A stretch of DNA of 64,000 nt from the NCBI GenBank assembly GCA_016717305.1, contig JADKFY010000010.1, positions 28,279 to 92,278 on the forward strand, in the 5' to 3' direction. The notes below the pieces were generated by a model that ran no database searches, was not told where the DNA came from, and worked only from the letters and a program-made list of their open reading frames with translations. The translations under genes and the position numbers were made by a program. Below are positions 38,091 to 48,482 of the stretch, in pieces. The stretch's first letter is position 1; each line of letters opens with the position of its first letter. Source of the DNA: Flavobacteriales bacterium (lineage in GTDB: Bacteria > Bacteroidota > Bacteroidia > Flavobacteriales_F > PHOS-HE28).

Positions 38091-39542
38091 TCAAAGCCCT
38101 AAACCATAGTAGGCGCGTTTGCCATTCGCGTATACGCCCTCGACCAGCACTCCGCCTCGTTTCTTGGCCAACATCTGTTCCAATTGCGCAGGGTCCTTAA
38201 CCGGCACTTGATCAATGCTAATGATGATGAAGCCTTCACGGATACCGGTGCTGCGGAATTTACCGCCGTTCACTGAGGTCACCTTCACCCCGTTGGTCAG
38301 GTTTAGCGCTTTCAACTCTTGGGCGGAGGGGAGTTCGAATTCGGCCCCAAGCATGCCGGATGTTGAGATGCGGGGCTCAACTCTTGCCACGGTCGTCCCT
38401 TCCTTCCCCCGTAATGTCATGTTGAAAACCTGTTCAATTCCTTTGCGCACAGCAGTTATGGGCACTTTGTTCCCAGGTCGGAATTTGCCTACTTGTTCCT
38501 GCAACTGAGTTACGTTGTTCACTTCAATATTGCCCACCTTCACGATCACATCACCGGCCATCATTCCTGCATTTTGCGCTGATCCTCCATCCGTTATCCC
38601 GTTCACGTAAACCCCCCGGATCCGGCCGACCTTGGTCTCTTCGGCCAATTTCTGGTCCATGTCCCGAATACTGACCCCAATGTAGGCCCGTTGTACACTG
38701 CCGAATTCCAGCAGGTCCGCTGCAACCTTTTGGACGATGTTCACGGGCACGGCGAATGAATATCCGGCATACTGCCCGTTATTACTGGCTATCGCGGTGT
38801 TTATTCCTACAAGTTCACCTTGTGCATTCACAAGCGCTCCTCCGCTATTCCCCGGGTTAACAGCTGCATCGGTCTGGATGAACGATTCTATGGGGAAGAC
38901 ATCCCGAGATGCATCGTATTGCAACAGATTTATGTTGCGGGCCTTGGCACTTACGATCCCTGCGGTAACGGTGCTGGTAAGGTTCATCGGGTTGCCTACG
39001 GCAAGTACCCATTCGCCCACGCGCACTGCATCACTGTTTCCGTATGGAACTATTGCAAGGTCCTCGGCATCGATCTTCAGGAGAGCGAGGTCCGTGCTGG
39101 GGTCGCGACCGATCACCTTTCCCTCGTACGCGCGGTTGTCGTTCAGGTGGACCATGATCTTGTCCGCACCTTCCACCACGTGGTTGTTGGTCATGATGTA
39201 TCCATCTCCGCTAACGATCACGCCGCTGCCACCACCTTGGCGCAATTGCTGCTGTTGCCGTGCACGGTAGCCCCAGAAGAACTGGGCAAAGGGGTCTTGA
39301 ATATTCACGGCCGTCTCTGTGGTAACGTGGACCACAGCATTCACCGTGTGTTCTGCGGCGTAGGTAAAGTCCAGCGTTGACGTGGTCCCTCCGGATCCGT
39401 TCGGCAGGTTGACGAATTGGACGGGTGTTGCCACTTTACTGTTGGCCGTAGCCAGCTCTCCTTTGGAAAGCAATTGGTGCCCTCCAAGTGCGATCAGCGC
39501 ACCTGCGAGACCCATAGCGAAGTATCCGAATGCTTGTTTCAT
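38091..39542 (-). CDS. htrA: Do-family serine endoprotease HtrA/DegP/DegQ with PDZ domains
   Basis: Signal peptide. Catalytic His block (IMTNNHVV), Asp block, and NPGNSGGALVN serine block. Two PDZ-like segments. Confidence 0.85.
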   Translation of the reverse strand: MKQAFGYFAMGLAGALIALGGHQLLSKGELATANSKVATPVQFVNLPNGSGGTTSTLDFTYAAEHTVNAVVHVTTETAVNIQDPFAQFFWGYRARQQQQLRQGGGSGVIVSGDGYIMTNNHVVEGADKIMVHLNDNRAYEGKVIGRDPSTDLALLKIDAEDLAIVPYGNSDAVRVGEWVLAVGNPMNLTSTVTAGIVSAKARNINLLQYDASRDVFPIESFIQTDAAVNPGNSGGALVNAQGELVGINTAIASNNGQYAGYSFAVPVNIVQKVAADLLEFGSVQRAYIGVSIRDMDQKLAEETKVGRIRGVYVNGITDGGSAQNAGMMAGDVIVKVGNIEVNNVTQLQEQVGKFRPGNKVPITAVRKGIEQVFNMTLRGKEGTTVARVEPRISTSGMLGAEFELPSAQELKALNLTNGVKVTSVNGGKFRSTGIREGFIIISIDQVPVKDPAQLEQMLAKKRGGVLVEGVYANGKRAYYGLGL

Positions 39543-39740
39543 GGTTATCGATTTTGTGCTGTTCCAGATCTCAAAGTTCGTGCCCGTTGCATGGTGTTAA
39601 CGAGCTTTCAGCCCTGAATTGCCTAGATGTCATGTTAAGATCTGTTGATCGTGATCGGTACTGTCATGACCCCAAGGAATTCAAGTCCCGTTCATCCTTG
39701 GAGAGCGATATTTGCACGCAGGATCCAACGCTTGCAACGC

Positions 39741-40529
39741 ATGGAAATTCAATTCGCCAAATGGCACGGTACGGGCAACGATTTCATCATGATCGACGAC
39801 CGCGACGGGACATTCCCTGTCGATGACCGTGCATTTGTGCAGCATTTGTGCGATCGTCATAGAGGCATCGGTAGCGATGGTATCGTGCTGATCCAACCAC
39901 CAAAGAGTCCCGACACGGAGTTCCACATGGAGTTCTTCAATCCTGATGGGAGTCAGAGCTTCTGCGGCAATGGTAGTCGCTGTGCCTATGCGTATTGGTG
40001 CGAGCTTTTTGGTAGCCGTTCAGAAGCGCGCTTTACGGCGATCGACGGGGAGCACTCCGGCATTTGGAAAGACGGAATGGTGTCGATCACATTGTCATTC
40101 CAAGGTGGTATACAACGTGGGACGGATGGGGCTTCGGTCGATTTCATAAACACGGGTTCACCGCACGAGCTGGTTTGGGTCGATGATCCAGATAGCGTTT
40201 CGATCATGGAGGAAGGCCCGCGAAGAAGGAACGCGGAACGGCATGGCCCGGGCGGAACGAATGTCAACTTCGTGCGTGTGGAAGGTGCGGTATTGCACAT
40301 GCGCACCTATGAGCGGGGTGTTGAGGCGGAAACGCTTAGCTGTGGCACCGGTGTGGTGGCAGCGGCAATTAGCGCATTGGATAGAAAGGTCCTAAGCACC
40401 CCGGTCCACGTGCGAACGCGAGGTGGGTCACTGCAGGTGGAAGCTGTACGGAGTGGGGTAGGGGAGTTCGGAGAAGTGCGGTTAACAGGACCCGTGAAAG
40501 CGGTGTTCACGGGTCGGATCAACGGTTGA
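39741..40529 (+). CDS. dapF: diaminopimelate epimerase
   Basis: MEIQFAKWHGTGNDFIMID N-terminus. Two catalytic Cys contexts (FNPDGSQSFCGNGSRC and SCGTGVVAA). ATG at 39741. Confidence 0.85.
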   Translation: MEIQFAKWHGTGNDFIMIDDRDGTFPVDDRAFVQHLCDRHRGIGSDGIVLIQPPKSPDTEFHMEFFNPDGSQSFCGNGSRCAYAYWCELFGSRSEARFTAIDGEHSGIWKDGMVSITLSFQGGIQRGTDGASVDFINTGSPHELVWVDDPDSVSIMEEGPRRRNAERHGPGGTNVNFVRVEGAVLHMRTYERGVEAETLSCGTGVVAAAISALDRKVLSTPVHVRTRGGSLQVEAVRSGVGEFGEVRLTGPVKAVFTGRING

Positions 40530-40677
40530 AGATCAACGATCAAGATTCAATTGATCAAAGCAAGTTGGAATTGATGGACCGGATCAGTACCCAGATGTGT
40601 GGCTCGACGAGCGTTATGCGCCTGGATAATTGTCGGATCGTATTCCCGGTTGTTGCTGTTGTTCCTAATTGAATTCC

Positions 40678-41712
40678 ATGAAAACTTGGAAGGTCGTTGT
40701 TTTGATCCTGGCCTTGCTGGGTATAGCAGCTGGTGGAGTTGGTTGGCGCACTTGGCGTGAAGTGTTCGGAGCAGGGCCCAGCTTTCCGGAAGGTGATCGG
40801 TTCATACTGATCCCTACGGGATCTACCTTTGATCAGGTGGTCGATAGCTTGAAGACCGGTGGAATACTTGAAGACGATCATGCCTTCCGATTGCTGGCTG
40901 AACGCAAGAATTATGTGGAAAGGATCAAGCCTGGCCGTTATCGGGTTCCAAGCAGAAGCAGCTTGAATGTGCTGGTGAATACTTTACGCAGCGGTGAACA
41001 AGAACCCCTGGATCTTACTTTCACCAATGTGGATGATCTGCCTGAGTTGGCGGGTCGTGTATCGCGTTACTTGGAAGCGGATTCAGTGGCATTCCTGCGC
41101 GCTTTCATGGATCGGGGCCTTCAGCAGGAAGCGGGGTTGAACGAACGGAATTTCATCAGCTTGTTCATACCGAACACCTACGAAATGTGGTGGACCACCA
41201 CACCGCAGCAGTTCATCGCTCGCATGGTGAAGGAGCATTCCGCTTTTTGGACTGATGAACGAAAGGCGAAGGCGATCCACTATGGTTTGGAGCCTTGGGA
41301 AGTGTCCACGTTGGCCTCCATCGTTCAAGCCGAAACCATGCGAACCAGTGATGCACCCCGAATAGCAGGTGTCTATTTGAACCGGCTGCGGATAGGGATG
41401 CCTTTGCAGGCCGACCCCACATTGAAATTCGCTCTAGGTCTGGACAGCATAAATCGTGTTTTGGATCGTGACAAGTTGGTGAATTCGCCGTACAATACAT
41501 ACGTGAACCTGGGGTTGCCGCCCGGGCCGATCAACATGGCCGAACCACGGAACCTGGATGCCGTTTTGAATGCAGAGAAGCACGACTATATTTACTTCTG
41601 TGCGAAGGAGGACCTTTCAGGTTACAGCAATTTCAGTAGGACTTACGAGCAGCATTTGGTCAATGCACGCAGGTATCAACGTGCATTGAATGCTCGAAAG
41701 ATCTATCGATAG
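40678..41712 (+). CDS. mltG: endolytic murein transglycosylase MltG (YceG family)
   Basis: N-terminal TM helix (MKTWKVVVLILALLGIAAGG). YceG blocks near the C-terminus (YNTYVNLGLPPGPINMAEP, catalytic Glu region VQAETMRT). First ATG at 40678; the ORF track begins at a TTG at 40669. Confidence 0.85.
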   Translation: MKTWKVVVLILALLGIAAGGVGWRTWREVFGAGPSFPEGDRFILIPTGSTFDQVVDSLKTGGILEDDHAFRLLAERKNYVERIKPGRYRVPSRSSLNVLVNTLRSGEQEPLDLTFTNVDDLPELAGRVSRYLEADSVAFLRAFMDRGLQQEAGLNERNFISLFIPNTYEMWWTTTPQQFIARMVKEHSAFWTDERKAKAIHYGLEPWEVSTLASIVQAETMRTSDAPRIAGVYLNRLRIGMPLQADPTLKFALGLDSINRVLDRDKLVNSPYNTYVNLGLPPGPINMAEPRNLDAVLNAEKHDYIYFCAKEDLSGYSNFSRTYEQHLVNARRYQRALNARKIYR

Positions 41713-41776
41713 ATAACCCAAGGTTGGATCCACCGTATCAGGGTCCTATTTTCGCACCCAGAAAGACAGTTGAAAA

Positions 41777-43183
41777 ATGACCAAGATCAAGTTCGGAACG
41801 GACGGATGGCGCGCCATCATTGCGCAGGAATTCACAGTGGACAATGTGGCACGTGTAAGTGTCGCCGTGGCGCTTTGGGTAAAGAAGAATTTTCCCAAGG
41901 ACCCGAGCATTGTTTTGGGTCATGACTGCCGGTTTGCCGGCGAATTGTTCGCAGAGACGGCAGCGAAGGTCTTCATCCATCATGGCATCAAGGTGCATCT
42001 TGCCAAGGGGTTCGTGAGCACCCCCATGGTCTCACTTGGCGCTTTCAACAAGAAGAGCGGTATGGGTGTGATCCTTACAGCTAGCCACAACCCGCCAAGC
42101 TATAACGGTTACAAGTTGAAAGGGATCCACGGCGGACCACTGGTGCCAGAGGATGTGCAGACAGTCGAGGATATGATCCCTGAGCACCATGGGCTTGACC
42201 TTGCGGGGATAGACCTGAAGAAGGCAAAGGCCGATGGCATGGTCCTGGACATTGATCTGGAAACCATGTACGTGGACCATGTGGAGAAGAACTTCGACAT
42301 GAGGGCCATCCGTGAAAGTGGTTTACGATGGGGTTATGATGCCATGTACGGATCTGGTCAGAACGTGATCAAGCGGATCCTTCCGCAGGCCACCATGCTG
42401 CACTGCGATTACAATCCATCCTTCATGGGGCAGGCACCGGAACCCATCCACAAGAACCTGATCGAATTCAGTGAGCTGATCAAGAAAGGCGGTATCGATT
42501 GCGGACTGGCCACCGATGGTGATGCGGACCGGATCGGTCTTTACAACAGCACTGGTGATTTTATCGATAGTCATCGCATCATCCTTCTACTGATCCATTA
42601 TCTCGTGAAGTACAAGCAGTTCACAGGGAAGGTGGTTGTTGCCGTGAGCACCACGCCCAAAGTGAAGAAGCTCTGTGATCATTATGGTTTGGAATATCAG
42701 GTCACCAAGATCGGATTCAAGTGGATCTGCGGGATCATGATCAACGAGGACGTGCTATTGGGTGGTGAGGAGAGCGGTGGCATTGCTATCAAGGGGCACA
42801 TTCCGGAGCGCGATGGTATTTGGATGGGCTTGACGATCTGGGAGTTCATGGCCAAGAGCGGAAAGAGCTTGGATGATCTGATCGCAGAGGTCTACGAGAT
42901 CGTTGGGCCGTTCAAGTATGAGCGGAACGACCTGCACATCAGTGAAGATCTGAAGCAGGAAGTACTAAAGGCATGCGAAGGTGGTAGGTACAAGGCTTTC
43001 GGCGACTATGTGGTGAACAGCGTGGAAACCATTGATGGGTACAAATTCCACATGGACAAGGACCAGTGGATGATGATCCGTGCCAGTGGAACCGAGCCCG
43101 TACTGCGTTGCTATGCAGAAAGCGATACCTTGGAAAACGCAAGGAAGATCCTGGAAGTAACCCAACGGACGATCGGAGCTTGA
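41777..43183 (+). CDS. phosphoglucomutase/phosphomannomutase family protein
   Basis: MTKIKFGTDGWRA N-terminus. Active-site Ser loop TASHNPPSYNGYK. Metal-binding GLATDGDADR. Sugar-binding GGEESGG. Confidence 0.8.
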   Translation: MTKIKFGTDGWRAIIAQEFTVDNVARVSVAVALWVKKNFPKDPSIVLGHDCRFAGELFAETAAKVFIHHGIKVHLAKGFVSTPMVSLGAFNKKSGMGVILTASHNPPSYNGYKLKGIHGGPLVPEDVQTVEDMIPEHHGLDLAGIDLKKAKADGMVLDIDLETMYVDHVEKNFDMRAIRESGLRWGYDAMYGSGQNVIKRILPQATMLHCDYNPSFMGQAPEPIHKNLIEFSELIKKGGIDCGLATDGDADRIGLYNSTGDFIDSHRIILLLIHYLVKYKQFTGKVVVAVSTTPKVKKLCDHYGLEYQVTKIGFKWICGIMINEDVLLGGEESGGIAIKGHIPERDGIWMGLTIWEFMAKSGKSLDDLIAEVYEIVGPFKYERNDLHISEDLKQEVLKACEGGRYKAFGDYVVNSVETIDGYKFHMDKDQWMMIRASGTEPVLRCYAESDTLENARKILEVTQRTIGA

Positions 43184-43278
43184 ACCATCAGACCTTCAAT
43201 TCCCTCCGAGGTATTCGAGAGACCTGAACGGGAGGATTTGTCCTGTGGTAACAGAACCAGCCATGATCCGGACCGTAC

Positions 43279-46200
43279 TTATCGTTTCAGGAACTGTGCC
43301 CTATTCAAAACCCTTCCGTTCTGGTCCAAGAGAAGCAGCGTATAGCTACCTGAGGAGAGAGACGTCAAGGCTCCAGGTTGGATGGAGTTTCCTAAGGCCC
43401 GTTGAGCCAAGACCATCCTTCCACTCGCATCCAATACACGTATGGATGAGGGTGCTTGGCCTGCGTAGCTCCAATTCAGGACGTTGTCTACGGGCATTGG
43501 GTAGATCACCAATTGATCACTTTTTCGGAGGATCGCGATCACCTCTGATAACATGATGGTCCCATCTTCATCAACTGTACTAAGTCGGTAGTAGGAAAGT
43601 CCGTCCGGAGCGCCCTCATCCAAGAATTCGTAGGCCAAAGACCGGCTGCTATATCCGGCTGCGGCAATTGAGCCAACGACATTGAATAGGTCATTGTCCG
43701 AACTGCGTTCAACATTAAAGTAACTACTGTTCGTTTCGGAGGCTGTATTCCAGTTGAGGAGATTTCCATTGCTTTCGGCGACACCTGCGAATGACGTGAG
43801 TTCGATAGGGAGAATGCCAATATCACCGACGGCTGAAGCATAACCGTAGAACCAACGGCTGAACCGCTGCCCGTCGATCATTTTATGCATGGGGTATTCC
43901 ACTCGGCAGCGCCATTTGTGCCTGCGGAAGTTTGGTGCCTTGAACACCTGTTCCCTGATCTGCAACCCTGCTGTGCCCAGGTCGGACCATGCGGCACTGC
44001 TATTTGGCATAGCGACACTATTGGTTATGGGAACCCCGGAATACGGCTGTCCTTCGTGTACCACCTCCCAGATCAGCCGCCCAGTTGTTCGTTGGATGGG
44101 ACTGCGGGACCTATGCCCGATCCCGAAGAAAATGGTGTTGACCGGATCGGTGCTGTTCGTGGAGATCGGGTTGATCAGGTCCGCCAGATACTGACGGGAC
44201 AATCTGTTCAGGCTTTCGGCATTGTTGCCGCGAAATAGCGCAACTACTCCTTGTCCGGAAGTGCGCTGTGGACCACCTCCCATAATGTCTGAATAGCCAT
44301 CGCCATCTGTATCACCGCCTCCGGCCACTGAGAAGCCGAAATTGTCGCCAGCGGTGTTCAATTCCACACCTACAGGTGAAGCGAAAAGGATGCCTGTGGG
44401 TCCTCCAAGATAGACCCACAGGGTTCCTTCGTTTAGTTCGTCATTGTCAAAATTCGGGGCACCTATTACCACATCTGCGTAACCATCACCGTTGACATCA
44501 CCGGCTTCTGCTACACTTGTTCCCAAGTTTGCTCCTACTTGATTGCGCTGCAGCGCAGTGATTCCGAGAATGGTGATCCCGCTCGGAGACCCATACAATA
44601 CCCTAGCAAGACCTTCATTCGCTTCAGGTGCAGTCGCATCACTTTCTCCGATTATCACATCGAAATATCCATCACCGTTCACATCACCCGCACCTGCCAC
44701 TGACGAACCGGCGCGAAAGCCGACAATATTGGGTTGGTAAAGAAAGCTGTACGCTGCGGATAGGCCGGTCGCGCTGCCATGAAAGATGAAGAAAGCCCCT
44801 TCATTCGATTGACCAGCTGAAAAGGAGGGGGCTCCAACGATCACATCGGAGAATCCATCTCCGTTCACATCACCTGCAGTACATACGGCATGACCGAATT
44901 CGCTAGCCGGAAAGGAGGGCGCTAGTGTTACGGCGGGTATGGGATCCAAGCCAGTGCTGGAACCCATATAGATGTATGCCTCTTCACTACCAGGTGCACC
45001 GATCACTACGTCAGAGAACCCATCGCCGTTCACATCACCCGCTTTGAACACAGACGTAGCAAAGCCGGATCCAGGACTCCCGTTCAACTGAAGAGCTACT
45101 GATGGGATCAGTCCAAACGGGGAACCGTGGAAGATGAATGCGGCACCACCTCCAGTTGCTCCCGGTGCCCCAACCACGACATCAGCGTATCCGTCCCCAT
45201 TTACGTCACCGGCACTAGCCACGCTTTTTCCGAATGCGGCATTGTTCAGGTTTGCTTGTAAGATCAAATTTGGACCAGCGGAAAGCCCGGTAATGCTTCC
45301 ATAATGCACGTATGCGAGTCCTTCGCCGGGTTGGCCAAGTGCACCATCCGGGGCACCAAAGATCGCGTCGGAATATCCATCGCCATTCACATCCCCGGCG
45401 TTGGCGACCGACCAGCCCAAGTGCGCTCCGGCCGATCCGGTGATGCTGGTAAAGCTGGGCAGAGCACTGACATTGGATGTGCCGCCCAAAAAGACCTTGG
45501 CCCGACCACCGGTTTGAAAAGGCACGCCAACGATCATATCACTATATCCATCTCCGTTCACATCGCCTGCCGTATTTACGCTTTCCCCCATCCCAACGTT
45601 GATCCCATTGCCCTCATACCGCAGGAAGGCTGAAGAAGACACACCACTCGCCGATCCCAGATGCAGGAATGCAGCACCTTCATTGGCCTGACCATTGGTA
45701 TACCCTTGGGCACCGATGATCACATCCGCGTATCCATCCCCGTTCACATCTCCAGCGGTGGATACACTTCGACCCAATTTTGCTCCAGCCTGGTTCCCTT
45801 GGATGATCGTAGCGGGAACGATGTTCACCCCGGCAGGTGAACCATGGAAGATGAATGCCGAGCCTTCCGATATTTCAGGACCCATCTCGTCACGCCAGTC
45901 ACCGACGATCACATCGCTATACCCATCTCCGTTCACGTCGCCGGCTGTGGATACGGCCCAGCCCGTATGGATGCTATAGCCCGCTGTATTGAAGATCCTT
46001 GCAGGTGCTGGATTGGCACCGGCTCCGAGCGCATTCGCACTGCCGTGGTAGATGAAGATGCCCCCGTCATCACAGGTATTTATGGTAGGACAGCCGGGTG
46101 TCAATTCGAATTTGTGCGCACCGATGATCAAGTCACTGAAACCATCACCATTCACATCACCAGCGGCCGATATGCTTCCACCGAATTGTGCTGCTGCTTG

Positions 46201-47472
46201 ATCACGTTCCAACCGATGCCTGAAAACCGGATTCACCCCTACTGCCGAACCCAGATATATCCAAGCGACTCCTTCGTTGAAGGAAGGATATGCAGCCAAA
46301 TAGCCCCCTACTCCAACATCACTGTACCCATCGCCATTAATGTCCCCGAGACAGGACACACTATAGCCCATGTAATTGTTTGTTGCATTCGGTTGCAGGA
46401 TAACTGCAGGCAATGTGGCAACACCTGCAGCTGAACCGTGGAAAACGAACATTGCGCCTTCCTTGTCCGTAGCTGCGTTATCCTCCCACGTGGGAGCCCC
46501 AACAAGTAGGTCACTGTATCCATCATTGTTCACGTCACCAGCTCCGTCGACCGAGAATCCAAATTGGGCACCTGCCTGATCAACTTGCAACGTCACCGAA
46601 GGTGCCGCTGGAATACCGGTGACACTACCATAGTAGACGTAGACCAATCCTTCTCCAGCTTGTCCTGAAGTGGCTTGGGGCGCACCTACGACAACATCGC
46701 TATAGCCATCGCCATTGAGGTCGCCTGCTGTGGATACGCTATACCCGAAATCACCACCGATCGGAGGGTTAAGTAAACGATCTTCGGTTGTTGAGACGGG
46801 ATCGACAACTATGGGATATGTTGCGCTCTGATCATCCACTGTTATCGTTAACCTGCTATTCCCGTGGTTCAAGGAAATGGAGGCTTCAAGTACTTCGCCA
46901 CAGGCATCCCAAACCCGGAGGTCCCGGTAGGCATGTCCCAGATGTCCGTCCGCAGTCCTGAACGCAATGCCATTCGTGCCCTCCGCTTCTGGACAAAGTC
47001 CGGAATTGATATCCAAGATGATCTCCAAATTCCCAGTGCCGATCGGCCTGTCGTTCACCAGAAAGTTCTGCCGAATCCCTTCCGTTCCAACCAAGAATTC
47101 CACGTCCATCACTGCACCATTCCATAAAACGCGATGATCCCCGGACTCCGTGCTTATTGACTTCCATTGATGATGGTCGTTACCACTGCGCCCATAACTT
47201 CGCACGCCTATGCGTGTTTCCCAATCAGGCTTGGCAATAGGTCCACGCACTATAAGTTCGTTGTTCCCAAGTTGCGCAGTCATGTTCAGACCCGGGAAGG
47301 TCGCACTGGACCCATTACACGCACGGTCACTCACGAACGTCGGATCATCGCCCAAGGCTGCCCGAACAGGACCTGAACCGAGGACCCCGCAAGTAAGAAC
47401 CAACGCAAAAAGCACGTGTTTGATCAAAATAGGAATACGTTTTGCCTTGGTACTGTGCACATTATCTTGCAA
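43279..47472 (-). CDS. FG-GAP (integrin-alpha-like beta-propeller) repeat giant T9SS-secreted protein
   Basis: More than 17 repeats of ...AGDVNGDGYSDVVVGAP... (FG-GAP/VCBS Ca-binding loops). C-terminal T9SS tail (...LVIYPMPVDNVLNW...IRVLDASGRMVL...GSYTLLLLDQNGRVLNRAQFLKR). No in-frame ATG near the N-terminus, so the start is TTG at 47472 or GTG at 47460, ahead of the signal-like KAKRIPILIKHVLFALVLTCGVLG. Confidence 0.7.
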   Translation of the reverse strand: MQDNVHSTKAKRIPILIKHVLFALVLTCGVLGSGPVRAALGDDPTFVSDRACNGSSATFPGLNMTAQLGNNELIVRGPIAKPDWETRIGVRSYGRSGNDHHQWKSISTESGDHRVLWNGAVMDVEFLVGTEGIRQNFLVNDRPIGTGNLEIILDINSGLCPEAEGTNGIAFRTADGHLGHAYRDLRVWDACGEVLEASISLNHGNSRLTITVDDQSATYPIVVDPVSTTEDRLLNPPIGGDFGYSVSTAGDLNGDGYSDVVVGAPQATSGQAGEGLVYVYYGSVTGIPAAPSVTLQVDQAGAQFGFSVDGAGDVNNDGYSDLLVGAPTWEDNAATDKEGAMFVFHGSAAGVATLPAVILQPNATNNYMGYSVSCLGDINGDGYSDVGVGGYLAAYPSFNEGVAWIYLGSAVGVNPVFRHRLERDQAAAQFGGSISAAGDVNGDGFSDLIIGAHKFELTPGCPTINTCDDGGIFIYHGSANALGAGANPAPARIFNTAGYSIHTGWAVSTAGDVNGDGYSDVIVGDWRDEMGPEISEGSAFIFHGSPAGVNIVPATIIQGNQAGAKLGRSVSTAGDVNGDGYADVIIGAQGYTNGQANEGAAFLHLGSASGVSSSAFLRYEGNGINVGMGESVNTAGDVNGDGYSDMIVGVPFQTGGRAKVFLGGTSNVSALPSFTSITGSAGAHLGWSVANAGDVNGDGYSDAIFGAPDGALGQPGEGLAYVHYGSITGLSAGPNLILQANLNNAAFGKSVASAGDVNGDGYADVVVGAPGATGGGAAFIFHGSPFGLIPSVALQLNGSPGSGFATSVFKAGDVNGDGFSDVVIGAPGSEEAYIYMGSSTGLDPIPAVTLAPSFPASEFGHAVCTAGDVNGDGFSDVIVGAPSFSAGQSNEGAFFIFHGSATGLSAAYSFLYQPNIVGFRAGSSVAGAGDVNGDGYFDVIIGESDATAPEANEGLARVLYGSPSGITILGITALQRNQVGANLGTSVAEAGDVNGDGYADVVIGAPNFDNDELNEGTLWVYLGGPTGILFASPVGVELNTAGDNFGFSVAGGGDTDGDGYSDIMGGGPQRTSGQGVVALFRGNNAESLNRLSRQYLADLINPISTNSTDPVNTIFFGIGHRSRSPIQRTTGRLIWEVVHEGQPYSGVPITNSVAMPNSSAAWSDLGTAGLQIREQVFKAPNFRRHKWRCRVEYPMHKMIDGQRFSRWFYGYASAVGDIGILPIELTSFAGVAESNGNLLNWNTASETNSSYFNVERSSDNDLFNVVGSIAAAGYSSRSLAYEFLDEGAPDGLSYYRLSTVDEDGTIMLSEVIAILRKSDQLVIYPMPVDNVLNWSYAGQAPSSIRVLDASGRMVLAQRALGNSIQPGALTSLSSGSYTLLLLDQNGRVLNRAQFLKR

Positions 47473-47542
47473 AGGTAGACCATTTCAATTGCCGTGGTCA
47501 AGATGTTCGAAACTGAATGTCCAGCGTTGGACAAAGAAGACG

Positions 47543-48478
47543 TTGAATTTTGGAAAGGGTTGCATCTTGTTGTGGTTCTTTTGTTCGCTGACGCCTAAAG
47601 TTATACAAGGTCAAGCCGGTGAGCCGGTGTTGGGACATGATTCTACTTCCTTGACCCTAAAAGGTTCTATTCCGGGCTGTCGGGTAGCTGTCGCTGCTGC
47701 ATCCGGGGGGATCATGTTGGGGACATACCTCGCTTTGGACAAGGTTTGGTACGCACAGTACGACAGAGAAGCATTACATGTTTTCGATGATGCAGGCGAA
47801 TGGGAGCAGATGGATAAGGCCGGACATCTATTCAGTGCTTATTCACTTGGCAGGTGGGGCCATGCTGGTTGGCGGATGTGCGGGAGTAGAGCGAAGGAAT
47901 CAATATTTATCGGGGGCAGCTTCGGATTCCTTTTTTTGACCGGGGTTGAACTTTTGGACGGAACATCCTCTGGGTGGGGTTTCTCGTGGAGCGACATGGC
48001 CGCCAATGCGCTAGGTACCGGACTCTTCATGGGGCAGGAGCTGGGCTGGAATGAACAACGGTTCCAAGTGAAACTGTCGGTACATCTTTCGGATTACGCA
48101 GCTCGGCGACCCGACCTGCTTGGCGAAGGGTTGGGAGAACGGGTGCTGAAGGACTACAATGGCCAAACGATCTGGCTCAGCGCCAACCCTTGGAGCTTTG
48201 GGAAACAGGGAGCATTTCCGAAATGGTTGAACATCGCCTTCGGTTACGGAGCTGAAGGCATGGTTTCAGCATTTCGTTACGAACAGGACCCGATCCCAGA
48301 TGCCGATCCCCGTTACCGTCAATTCTACCTCTCACCCGATATCGACCTCACCAAGATCAGAACACGGTCCAAACTGCTGCGTTCTGTCCTGTTCGTGTTG
48401 AACGGGATCAAGATCCCCATGCCTGCGTTGGAGGTCCGTTCCACCGGGAAGGTGGTAGGCCATTGGCTTTATTTCTAA
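47543..48478 (+). CDS. hypothetical lipoprotein (DUF2279-like)
   Basis: The ORF is open from 47210, but its 5' part lies inside the opposite-strand FG-GAP gene. A TTG at 47543 gives MNFGKGCILLWFFCSLTPKV. Conserved-looking core ...WYAQYDREALHVFDDAGEWEQMDKAGHLFSAY... Start is uncertain. Confidence 0.4.
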   Translation: MNFGKGCILLWFFCSLTPKVIQGQAGEPVLGHDSTSLTLKGSIPGCRVAVAAASGGIMLGTYLALDKVWYAQYDREALHVFDDAGEWEQMDKAGHLFSAYSLGRWGHAGWRMCGSRAKESIFIGGSFGFLFLTGVELLDGTSSGWGFSWSDMAANALGTGLFMGQELGWNEQRFQVKLSVHLSDYAARRPDLLGEGLGERVLKDYNGQTIWLSANPWSFGKQGAFPKWLNIAFGYGAEGMVSAFRYEQDPIPDADPRYRQFYLSPDIDLTKIRTRSKLLRSVLFVLNGIKIPMPALEVRSTGKVVGHWLYF

Positions 48479-48482
48479 CCTC

